The notes beneath the pieces are model-generated. The model did not search any database, was not told the origin of the DNA, and was given only the letters and a program-made list of their open reading frames with translations. Positions 13,740 to 24,847 of a stretch of 64,000 nt of DNA are shown piece after piece; positions within the stretch are counted from its first letter, which is position 1, and each line of letters starts with the position of its first letter. Source of the stretch: Raillietiella orientalis (Eukaryota); the NCBI GenBank assembly GCA_036172245.1, contig JAYWIR010000044.1, forward strand, positions 992,001-1,056,000, given 5' to 3'. Both the position numbers and the translations under genes were made by a program.

Positions 13740-16620
13740 TGCCGGAGACTCCCTCCGCTTCCGGGAAATCCCGACATTTCGAGGACGTCGACTGCTTTGC
13801 ATTCCGCAATGACAACAGGATGAGGAAGAAGCCAAGAAACGGGTTTCCAGAAGTGGCACTCAATCGATACCGCGGGATCACGAGACCTTGGTCTGGGAGG
13901 AGGAACGCGAACGAAGAACAGCGCCTTGTCTTAAATCTCTTCTTCACTGTCCACGGGGTCCTCCCGCTGCTTGAGGGAGGTGGACGCTGGAAACGGGATC
14001 CCACCCTTCTGGCAGCAGCAGCTATGGGTCCGAGGTGCGCTTTTTGCCATGGGGGTCATCTCTCAGTAACGCGCAAGGCTGCTGACATCAAGGAACGATG
14101 TGACAGCTGATCTCGCTAATGTCGAGGGTTTCCCATTACAAGCGCTGGCTATCTGGCCATCCTGGCCGGGCTACTCGAGTGTTCCCTGGCGGTTTCTCAG
14201 ATTTTGAAGTCGGAGGACATCCACTCTTTCTTGGACCGGACCACACGCCACTGCAGGAGCCTTGACTTTGAGAAACCAAAGGTTTTTAAGGAGTCTACCT
14301 TGTGCCAGGCGAAAAGAATGCTAAGGTTGAAGACTTCTCTAACCCCAAATGGAAAACCCTGTCCACCTCAACTCCTGCACGTGTCTTGCCACCTCATCCG
14401 TACGCATTTTCGTGCTTGCATCCACGGCGCCTTCCTTCTTGAATTCAAGAACCCTTTCTTTCACCATCCACAGAGTTTTCAAGTTGGCATCCACGCTGTG
14501 CGGCTAGACGATGCCCGTCGGTCTCCCGCGTTCTTCACTAGGAGCAGCTCGAATTCGCAGTCGAAAGGTGAAGCGGAAATCGGATCATGGAGATGCTGTT
14601 GGAAGAAGCCGCTGTTGCAAATGCGTGGTGCGGTTTGTGGAAGAAGAGACTCTGTTCCTCCTCACGGATGGTCGCCACGGACGTGCAGATGCCGGAGCAA
14701 GGAAGGCAGAAAGGTAGGACAGACGACGCTTGACCGGAAGGTCCAGTAGCGAGGAAGCAGAGGGTATCAGAGGGAAGGTGCAGCAGTCCGGCTTGTACAT
14801 TGAAGAGCCAGGAGAACCAGGGAGAGTCAGCTGGAAGGGAGCCACTGCAGCGTCGCCCTCTGTGCTTCGAGAGCGGAAGTGAAGACGCCTTGCGGGGTGC
14901 CTGGAAGACAACCGCGTTCTGCCACGAGAGAGGTCGCTGAGCGCGGTGGTGGCAAACACGGAGAACGCGGATAGTCTTTTGCGGGAGCATCGGGCGGGTC
15001 CTGAGAACAGCCATGAGGGCATGACGGGCAGATGGGGGAGACAGGAGACGGAGGAAACGAGGACGGCATCTCAAGAGTGAGCAGCCGGTGGTGCTGAAGG
15101 GCGACGCCCGATCGTGTGGTTTTGGCCTTCAGAGGCGCTTTAGCGTGCCTGAGCCTCTGTTCCGAGAACCAGGAGGAACCTGTTTAGAAATCCAGGGATG
15201 CTGCTTTTTTCCCGAGACGCATCCATCTGGTTTCCTCTCGGCTGCAGCCGCCATGACAGGGATTCAATCGAGCGGGCATGACTGACGATCGCCGGAAGTG
15301 TTTCATCTCCGGAGTCCGTGGAGAGACTTCGCTCCACCTATCCAATGCGGGGGTTGCCTCTGGCAACATCATCAATCAGCAGGCGCTCTCTACCGCAGAA
15401 TCCCTGATCCCGTGTCTGACTATCCTACGGTGGAGACTACTCTTTGCGCCTCGGATCCAGATGCCCGTGCCGGAGGAGGTTCGCGGTTTCGTAGCAACTG
15501 CTTCGGGGGCCTTGGATCTCGGGATAGAATGGTGGTGGAGGTGACCCCAAGGCCAAAGAAAAGGGTCGTCGTGGTCTTTCCTAATGCTCTCCTGGGAGGA
15601 AGAGGATGTGAAGACGCGGACCTTCCCCACACCTCCCTTCTTAGCGGCCAGACCGACGAATCCCGAGGACTCAGAGGCTGCTGCCGCCCCTGCCGGATGG
15701 TGGCTAGAGGCGATGCATCAGGTGGTCTGGGATACCGGCGCCATCTTGGGAGAGGGAGCTGGGCCCCACACCGTTTCTCTTTTCTCTCTAGGTGGTCCCA
15801 GTCGTCAGTCTAATTGGCCACATCAGGAGAGAGCTTTCGCTGACCGTCCGTTTCCTGATTGTCCGATCCCTCCCCTCCTCCAGAAGCGAAAAACTGGAAC
15901 CTCAGACCCAGAAGACGACCAAGGAATCCCCGCAGCAGGAGGAGATCGGGCGGAGACCGCCTAAAAGTTTCGCTGCCGTTGACCGGTGGTCGGCCATCCG
16001 GCTGAGACTGGTGAGAGGTGGGTCGGCTCGAGAACTTCCGGTCGTCAGTGGCCCCAAGCGTTCGTCTCTCGAGGTCTGTGCGCCGGCGGGCAAGCGATCT
16101 CGGCTGTTCCTGGCCTCGAAAGATGCCATTCTTGGGGCCCGACTGGTGGTGCAAATCACTATGCAGAGAAGGGAGGTCACCAGGATGGCATCCACCTACA
16201 TCAGGGCGGCTGCAAGGCGGCTGCAAGGCGGCCTCGCCTGAAAGAGGAAGCCAAGGAGGAGATCACCGGCATCCATCGCCGGTTGATGGGCGGATTGGAA
16301 CGGCGGACCTAGTGATCCTTGCCCCCTCCCTCCCTTTATCTATTTTTTATTTTCTGATTCCCCATCCCCACTCGCTCCGCAACTTTCCCAATGCCTTTTG
16401 TGTTGATCCCGGTGCATGCGGAGCGATACCAAAGATCCCTACCCCTTTTCACCCAGTTTGCTTATTTTTGTTGTCCTCTTGTCCCCCCTCCGTTCCGGAT
16501 TCTCTGTTGTCCCGGCCTGTCTGCCAGTGGACGCTCCCCTTTCTTTTCTGCAGTCTTCGGTTGGGAACTTTTGTTTCCGTTTGGTTTATTCTTAATAAAC
16601 ACCCCGGCGTGACCGGATGA
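13740..16620 (+). mobile_element. Decayed L1/Tx1-like ORF2 (RT through C-terminus) plus 3' UTR
   Basis: Ordered degenerate motifs: RGFPITSAGYLAILAG, SLDFEK (~14260), TDD...ASGNIINQQ (~15280-15380), LGGPS, C-terminal EITGIHRR*. These are followed by a T-rich 3' UTR ending AATAAA-caccccggcgtgaccgg. Confidence 0.7.
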
Positions 16621-16659
16621 AAAATCTCGGCTGTTCCTCCTGGATCCATCAGCAGGTCG

Positions 16660-18400
16660 GCATCATCCTCTTGGACTCTTCACGAGCAGGGATTTCCCGT
16701 GCAGCGAACGTTGGCACCACCAGTCCAGGAAGGTGGACAGCAGGTACGAACTGACTCGCTCGGAGAATGGGGAAAATTCATCAACGGGCGCTCTCTGCTG
16801 CAAATCCCCGATCCCATGACCCAAAGAGTGAGTCCTGACTGTAGAGTGGGGACGCACTCTTTGCTCCCCAGATCATGCCAAACGTGACAACGAAAGTTCG
16901 CGGTCTTGTAGCAACCGCTACGCGCGCCGCTACGGCTGGATAAGATTAGAGGAAAGCCTCTTTGGAGGAACGGCGAAGCTCCCCGCTGCCTCTGCGGCTT
17001 GGTCGCCACATGGAGCGCGGCCGAAAGGGTGCTACGGGACGGGAAGGTCATCACCATAGCGGAGGAGTTCTTTTGGAGGACGGCAGGGTGGCTTGACCTG
17101 GTGGATGACACGGCCTACGCTCTCGAGTGCCCCCACAGGAGCAGTCGTGTATGTTTTCCTGCTTTTTTTCTCCAGGTCATCCGGAGTTCTTCAGGTATTG
17201 GCAGAACCCGGCATCCTCATCCGCTTTGTCTTCCCTTTTTTTTTTTTGCATGCTGATCTCTGGAAACTCCAGCATTGCCAGTCACCCTAGGCCGTTCCCG
17301 CCCCGGAGTGACCGGTTTCCATGACAGCCCGTGATAGTAGTGGCCCGTCTTCTCCGACGCGTCCTCGAGTTATCTGTCTCACTCCCAACACGTTTGCCTC
17401 TGCTGGAAGCTTCAAGGACCCTTTTTCGTCGAGGATGCGTTTCCGGGAGCGCTTCCGGGAAGCGTTCAAGGAAATTTTAGTCACAAGAGCTCTTCTTCTT
17501 CTCGTCTCCGCGAATCTGATGATCGATAAGACTCAACTCTTCCGGGGACGAAATGTGCGAAGGGCGGCGGCAGAGTCCAGATTTTCTGGGAGACGCGCCG
17601 CCGCATGAGAGCGCCGTATCCCTCGCGCCAGATAGCACATCAAAGGTGAGAAGCTGGCGGTGATGAAGAGCGACTCCCGAGCGTGCGGTCTTGGTCTTCC
17701 CGTCTTCCAGCCGTTGTCCTCTTTGGGTGCTGCCTGGTGGCGCGGCTTATGTTTGAAGTCGCGTCGTCGGACGGCACGAGAGAGATATCGGCTGCAAGGC
17801 AATGAAAGAGATGAGTTTCGAGTGGAAGAATGAGGCTCAGTTCCTCTGGCTGTCGCCGCCGGCGAAGAAACCCTCCCGCTGATGCCCCTCTTGAACCTTT
17901 TCATTGTTCTGAGCTGGGTGAGCTCGATGCTGATCAACTGCCTCAGAGCTGTGCGCGTCGTTGAAAGATGCGCCCACATGAGACTGCCTTCTTGTCCCTT
18001 CCAACGACGTCCTAACCCACAGCTTCGCTCATCTCGGAAGCTCTGCCTTGGAGTCGTCGTCTGCGTCGTTCGACGCGTTTCCCATTGCACTCTGCAGATG
18101 GCACTGTGGTTCGTCGTGGAGTCGTTCCATCCGTGGGCCGTGGATTGACTAAAACTGCTATGGCAGCAGTCTGATCTGCAATCCTGCAACCGAAGACTTC
18201 ATGGTTTCGACCCGGCATAAGTGGTCATTTTGCACCTGGAAGGAGTTGAGGATGAGGATATCAGTTGAGGTGACGAAAAGAGAAGAGCGCGTGCTGCTTT
18301 TCGTCCTCTGGAGCCAGCATCTCCTCACTGGGTTCCCATCGTGGAAAGTTCTGTCCCGCTGATCAAAGGGAACTAGTCGAACCAGCACGGTAGACCGAAA
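16660..18400 (-). mobile_element. Decayed LINE ORF2: APE end, linker and start of RT
   Basis: SSTRSSLFVTSTDIL...QNDH (APE end), TKISLNASRKRSRKRILDEKG (typical L1 linker) and LQRGF (RT 2a), in order on the minus strand. Confidence 0.55.
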
Positions 18401-18799
18401 GCGAAAGCAGCGAGGGAAGGGGGTACAGAGCAGTTGAGGGTACTGTCAGGAACAACGTTTGGGGTACTTCAGTCTGATTTATGAGGGTCCCAAAAGCGTC
18501 GAGTGCCTAAGAAAAGCTCTGGTGAGTTGCCGGGTGAAGAGGAGCTTGTGCTTCGAATCGGAGACCTCCCATCCTGACCTCGCATCCCTAAGAATCTCTG
18601 ATGCAAACTGGAAGAACAACGTAAATGGATGCGCCCAACTGGCAGCTCACTTGAGATCAACGCCAAAAAGGTCAAGCGTTCCAAGATACGCGCGGTTGCA
18701 TAGCTTAGGGTGAAGCCTTTCAATTTCCCGAAGGTCTTCTAGCCATCCGGAGCCACCACTTAGACAGGACCTTTGCAGAAGGCGCAGTCAAGAGGCATG

Positions 18800-20100
18800 G
18801 GAGAAGTTCAAGAATTTCCTTTTCACTACATGGCCATTCCCTTGCTACCACAAGCGCTTATCACACTTCGTTCATGTAGACAGTCAGGAAGACGTCCTGT
18901 TCGCTTACTGGTGAGGCCAGAAGGACGTTCAAGAGCAGGAGTTTCAGAACACACACAGGCGCGTCAGCAAGGAAAAAAGGACACACGTCTCAACTTCCCA
19001 GCGATGAGGAACGTATCAAAATGGTCGTTCCGAAGCAGAGGAGTCAAGCAGCCTTCGTAGCACGCTACGTGAGAATTCCAAGGACACGGCGGCGGCTCAA
19101 CCGGCAGCGTTGGGGCTGCCATGGTGCAGGAGATCTTGACAAGGTGCACCGTGATGTGAAGGCTGCACCGCCGAGTGCTGCAGCTATCGAACACTTCTCC
19201 ACGCAGCAAATCGTCTGGCAACGACGGCCTGTTGAGGTTATGTTTCTTTGAGAGACAATGGCCATGCCCAGAGCCTCTGAAACATATCCTATGCACTCCT
19301 CCCTGCCCAGGGGTCGAACGACGCTTTCTGGTTCGTCCGGCTGTGGCATTGGGTCCCCGAATCGACGGCTGGAAGAAATCACGCTGCCCACGATTTCCAC
19401 GGTGCGTCGTTGAGGGAGCCTTTATCGCTGCGGACCTGGTCAGTAGGATGAAGACCTCAAGAATGCCGAAAGGAAACCCCCCTCTCACAGTTCCCATATG
19501 TTTCCGGAGGAAGACCTATGTTCTGAACCCAAGAAAGCTCCTCTGAAGTGGCCTGCCCTCCGCAGCTCGGTTTCCCGTGGGGGGAGGAGCAAAGAAGAAG
19601 GAGGAGGAGGTGAGAACGAATCTGCTCTAAATGTCCAGAGGCGTTGCAAGAGTCTCGTTCTTCTAAGAAGCACGATGAGCTGAGACGGCCGTTATCCTCT
19701 ACAACTCGCTCGGTGGTGCTGCGATTCTGGTGCGGTGGCCGCAAGATTTATGCTGCATATCCGCAAGCTCGCAGATTGACTCCCGCGTCTGCCGTCGCTT
19801 CCGCTTTCATGAGCCTGCCTGGAACCCCGGAATCCCGTCGAGCCTCAGCACGCAGCTCGGTGGGAATGGGAACAGAGTGTGCCGAAGCAGAGTCTCTTTC
19901 CTTGCAAACGTCCACGTTTGCAAGGAAGGAGGGGTGGGGTGGGGAGCGAGAGCAGGCAGCACCTGGGCTTACCCAGGGAGCTAACAGAAGCCCTTGTTGA
20001 GCACGAACTTCTCCGAGGTCAGCGAAAGAAGCAGAGGAACAAAGCTGTGATGGAACGTGAAGAGAGATCGGACGTCTTCCTCACCGTCCTCGTCTTGCTC
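18800..20100 (+). mobile_element. LINE ORF2 C-terminal remnant (RT thumb / zf-RVT region)
   Basis: IPRT..GGG (~LPKxxGGLG) near 19075 and KQRNKAVME (~WxxRNxxVF) near 20030. Confidence 0.4.
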
Positions 20101-20281
20101 GTGGTGTCGGCGGACTCTGGGAAGAGGGGACTGCAGATGAACTCTGCGGAGGCGAGAGGATGGTCGGAGTGGAAGGCGCCGACACAGGCGCTATCCCATA
20201 GGACAGAGGCAGGACTTTGGGTAGGCGGAAGGCCGGCGGAAGAACGCGGTGTCCGCTGTCCACTGTCTGAAGCGCGCGCTC

Positions 20282-20317
20282 CTCCTTGCCTAGTGAAAAA
20301 TGCATACAAGAGGTGCA
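20282..20317 (+). repeat. 36-bp exact direct repeat, copy 1 (copy 2 at 23512-23547)
   Basis: ctccttgcctagtgaaaaatgcatacaagaggtgca is identical at both sites. Confidence 0.95.
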
Positions 20318-20839
20318 GAAGAGCACGATAGTCCCCGATTCCGGAAGTGGAAAGACGGTGAAGAGGGCTGGTAAAACTCGGGAAAGAATCGCGAAAGGAG
20401 ACAAGAAGGAAAAAAGCGGAATAGGAAGGAGAGTCACGCCATCTACATCCTCGAAGTGCTGGAGCAGATGCGCACCTGGACGCGCGGACATCTCGAGCAC
20501 GGATGTGTCGGTCGTGAGCAGTTCCGTGAACGCTTCCGCACTAGAAGCCCACGATTATCAACAGTCAGAAGGAGCAGACGGCAGCGCGCCCACTGCTGCC
20601 CGGGAAAGCGGCCAAGCATTGCCGCTTCGGAAGCCACCAAAGGGTAGCCAAGACGCAGAAGCTCGAAGTGGGCACCTTGCGATTGCTGTCGCTCCGATCA
20701 CTTTGCCAAGCAACGGCTTCTCTGACCTCAAGCAAGCGCCTGTAGCTGAGTTGACGGGAAACAGCAACGACGAGAAGAAAAAAAAAAAAAAAAAGGAAGA
20801 GCAGGTGGCCTAGGAAAGATTAAGAATCAGAAGTCGGCA

Positions 20840-21850
20840 TGGCAGCTGCAACACCGCCATGGAAGGGAGGCGTTGTTATGGCAACGTCCTTATATACTTT
20901 GCCGTTTCCTTATCCCTTGCATCGACCGGCAGAGGGCGATGCGAGTCTCCGGACACAAATCCGGCGTTCCAGGAGATTGTTCCAAAAGACACTGCAGGAG
21001 AATCGGAGGTTGAAACGCCGGATATTCCTTGATCCCCAGGGATCTTGACGCTGAGAAGTCTCCTGAATTCCGAGCATTTCATGGTGAGTTCTCCTTGTTG
21101 ACTCAGGGCACTCTTTTGGCCGAGAAGTGAAGTGCGCCGAAGGAGCGTGCTGGTGACACTGGACACCAGCGGTCTTTGCCATTTGCATTTCCTCCCTCAA
21201 CTGGACTCCTTCGTGGTCACTGGGAGCTTCCAGAGGCGAAGACAACCTCCAGCATGATATCCTCTTTCTTTTTATCCTCCCGCGGCATCGAATCGGGTCT
21301 GCTCAAGGATTAAGTGGTGACCCTCTTCCATCTCCTCTAACCTGTGGCCCTTATTCTGTGCTCGAAAGCCTCGGTGCCCTTCTTGAGGAGGAAACACGAG
21401 GTGGAGCTGCTGCTTCTCCTTCACTGAGTTTTGTGTGGTCACTACACTCCACTCCCACGTAGGGGTGGCCCGAGCACCACTTGTGGCGTCCGTCCCTCAT
21501 CTTGGCGAACCAACCGCCTCGAGTTGATCGCCGAGGGCATGCTGCACCCTCCGACAGAGCTCTAGACGAGCTCCTCCTCGCACCCGGGACCATTTCCATC
21601 CCCTCCACGGCTCGCCGGAGCGCCTGCCTGATTCCCATTTGCACCACCGTCTGCACGCACGCGCACCTCCCGTGAGGAAAGCCGCCACCGTCCAAAGACC
21701 CTTCGCCGGGATGCCACGGCGCGCGCCTGAGTGCCGCAGCGAAGTTTTCAGTAAGCTCGGGATGCTGGGCCTCCAAGAGGTGCTGCCAAAGAGATCAGAA
21801 ACACCTCCCGGGACGAAACAAGATTCTCCCCGGCAACTAGGGAGGGGACA
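20840..21850 (+). mobile_element. LINE APE/RT remnant
   Basis: KGGVVMA (~RGVAIL), PQLDSFVVT (~SRLDRF) and LQEVLP; weak motif matches. Confidence 0.3.
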
Positions 21851-21869
21851 GCGGCTGAGAATAGGCTAG

Positions 21870-24050
21870 ACCGACCGATAGGTGAGGACAGCGTGCATCA
21901 CTGCTCCAGAGAGGGCAGCCCCCAGCAGAACCCGTGGCCCTTGCCCTCTGCATGGACACTTCGGTGCTGCCCCTCGGACGGAAGCGCGAGGTGGCGCATC
22001 ACCTTCTCCGCCTGAGTGTGCCATGTCCACCTCGTTTCCGGGGGAACCGCATCCGCCAACTGCTCCCAGCGCGAAACGATCGAATCGTTCCCGCGCTTCC
22101 TTCGTCCACCAAGGAAGGGCTGCAGAGGAGGAGGCTGACTTCAGCGCCGCTGCATGCGGAAGACACCACCGGAGAGTCGCAACTGCGCGCATCCTCCGCG
22201 CGCCGCGGACTTCCCCGAAGGGCCGACGTGCGGCGTCTCATGGTGACTGCCCCCTGCCGTATGTTGGGCGCGACGAGGCGGCACCACCTGACCACGGAAA
22301 CACCGAGCTCACCTGCACCTTGAGGAGAGGCCGCGCTTGACGTGACCCCGTGGAAACGTGTGGGGAACGTTAGGGAGGAAGAAAGGTGGCAATAATCAGT
22401 ACCTCCGCGGAAATTCCGGGCCCCCCTTTGCCCCCACGTTTCACTTTGGACCATTCGATCCACGCTCCGCTACGTGGAGACGATGGGGATTGATAACGGC
22501 CCCCTTGGATGACCGCGCCTTTCCAGTTTAACCGACCGCCGCTGCTCGCACGTGTCGGAAGAATCCGCAAGGAGAGTCAACTGGTGGGTGCGCGGATCCC
22601 CTGGGTCCATTTCAATTGCCTCTGAGGAGCCCTTCCGTCTCTGCTGCGGTCTGGGTGCATGTCAGAATCACGTGTGGACGGATACGTGAGGACGCCGCTT
22701 TCTCCGTGGAAGCCCCAATGCACCAGGAAGATAGCAGAGGAAAGGATGACGTTGACGAAATTTCCAATTCCCTCGAGCAGCGTCCTGGATTCTCTCTGCT
22801 GTCGCGTCGCGTCTCAGTGAGACCGGAGACTGGCTTCAGATGCAGTGGTAGTCCGGCGAAGAGGGAGAGGAAGAGATGTCTCCCACGCCATACACCTTCG
22901 CAGGACCATCCCGCCGCACCTGGTGGCGCGGGGCAGTGGGTTGTGTCACAGCATCTGAATCTTGAGCGATCTCTCCGCCGAAGACTCATAGGTCGTGCCG
23001 AGCGATGCTGCCTCACCCAGTGCTCATTGAGAATAAAGGTTCTTGTCGCCAGGCACAAAGTCTTCCGCGCCTCAAATGGACCAAAGCAGTTTCGAGTTGC
23101 AGCTTTGACGTTCCCTCCTCCCTGACCTAAAGGAACGAATAGGAAGCGTGGTTGGTGTCTTTCCATCGGGACTTCGCAGCGTGCAGGCTTGGAACCTCTT
23201 GGATGACCGTCCGTGTTAGTTCCACCCCTTCCTCTGCTCTGCTGGTTCTCGGGAAACTCAAGGACACATAGCTGCGGGAGAATTTTCCCCCAGGCACCGG
23301 GACCCTCGGCACCTATCGATCCAGAGAGAGGACGCTGAAGGTCGCAATAACTGCGATGCGTGTCCACTCTCCTCACATGACCCGAGGCAAAGCAGAGAAA
23401 TCGTGTCTGCTGCAGGGGATCCTCCTCTCGCTTCTGTGCTCGAGGCCTCGTCTTGTCGACAGGTTCGGAACTCAAGCCACGGGATGGCGGCTGGTACAGA
23501 TGTTCTAGTTACTCCTTGCCTAGTGAAAAATGCATACAAGAGGTGCATGGAGATAGGGATGGAGCTCTGCCGTCATATCAAAGAAGCAGAAGGAGAGAGG
23601 ATCCGAGACACCGATGGAGAGGCATGTGAAGCAAGAGCGAATTCGAAGACGAATGTCCGGATCAAAAAGCGCCCTCGAAGCAGTCGAGAAGGCGGGAGGG
23701 GTGCAGGTTCTGTCTGCTGTCCCCTGTAAACTGGGGAGCTAAGCTGCTTGAGAGGGCAAGGAATTAATACGAGGTCTTTTCCCTTTGGTTGAGAAACGAC
23801 TTGAATCCTTCTCAAGACGGTCCTTACTAGATGCATTTCTCCTGCGCACTCTTCAGCATGTCCTTCCGAGGAGGGGCTTTTTCTAAGAGATGCTGGTTGT
23901 CCCTGGAATACTCGCGGGAGAAGGTCAAAAGTGCCATGGCGTCCATGGCACTCAGGTTCCGTGAAGAGCTCATGACATCCTGTATTCCTCCGGCGGTCTT
24001 CTCTCTCGCTGATGACTGGTGTCTCTGGAGACTCATGTCGCAGCCTCCTG
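21870..24050 (-). mobile_element. Minus-strand LINE RT remnants (probably two pieces)
   Basis: IQVVSQPKGKD (RT domain 2), FTRQG (domain 4), LFVPLGQGGG (thumb). A separate ERFDRFALGAVG / RVLLG piece lies at 21870-22200. Confidence 0.45.
23512..23547 (+). repeat. 36-bp exact direct repeat, copy 2
   Basis: Identical to 20282-20317. Confidence 0.95.
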
Positions 24051-24521
24051 ATCTCTAGCCTATCCTACACCGGGAAATGCAGGAGAGAGATCGATCCTGC
24101 CGTCCGAGGCAGCAATCAGACGGGACGCTGCCGCACATCTTAAATCATTGCGTGCAGCACTTACAGTCGCTCACTAGAGGGGGTGCCCAACGACTCTATC
24201 GGCTGTGGGAGGGAGGGAGGGCAAGGGTGGTCGAAGCAGCAGCTGGTCAGCGGCTGAGAACTCTTCCAGCGCGAAGCCGTCGTTTCGAACCGGTCGCGTG
24301 AGGATCAGCACAGCGTGGCGCTCGACCCGCTCTGCCTTCCCGTTCGGGAACGCACCGGCAGCGTCCCGGAAGGCACGCGGACGAAAAGGAGGAACCCATT
24401 GGAACCGCTCCGTCTGTATTCTGCTCTCAACAGCTAGCTCTCGTGGTTTTCATCGGCACATCTATCAAAAGCTCATTGGGATCACAAGAGTAGCGATGCC
24501 TCGCAGAGGCTGAAAATTCTT

Positions 24522-24847
24522 ACGGCGTGCGAAAGAAGCAGCTCTGTGGATGGATTAGGTGGCTAAGATCTCTACATTCTTCAGGGCAGCACTCCATAGG
24601 ATTGCGTGGCCAATTGGCTGGCGTAGAACCCTATAATCTTCAAGGCAACATTCCGTGGAATGGAGTCACCAAGCACTCTTTATTCTTTAAGGCAGAATTC
24701 TATAGAATAGGAGGGCAAAAGTTCCTACGGTCTTGAAGGCAATATTTCATAGAACAGGTTGGCAAAGGTCTCAACAGTCTTCCAGGCAGCTCTCCGCAGA
24801 ATAGCTGGCTAAGAAATACCAACGGCGTGTGAAGGAAGCAGCCGTGT
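24522..24847. repeat. Degenerate ~47-bp minisatellite (~5-6 units) bracketed by 26-bp direct repeats
   Basis: Flanks are acggcgtgcgaaagaagcagctctgt (24522-24547) and acggcgtgtgaaggaagcagccgtgt (24822-24847). The interior is the reverse complement of the 55531-55913 array units. Confidence 0.8.

Noticed and set aside
24077..24160. R2/RLE-type CCHC motif (SCR...TLPHILNHC)
   Set aside because: Incomplete motif, no downstream PD-(D/E)xK nuclease, and it is followed by APE-like sequence.
24548..24821. Minisatellite cassette as a spliceosomal intron within the LINE ORF2
   Set aside because: No GT..AG boundaries within the 26-bp flanks that would restore the uninterrupted sequence.
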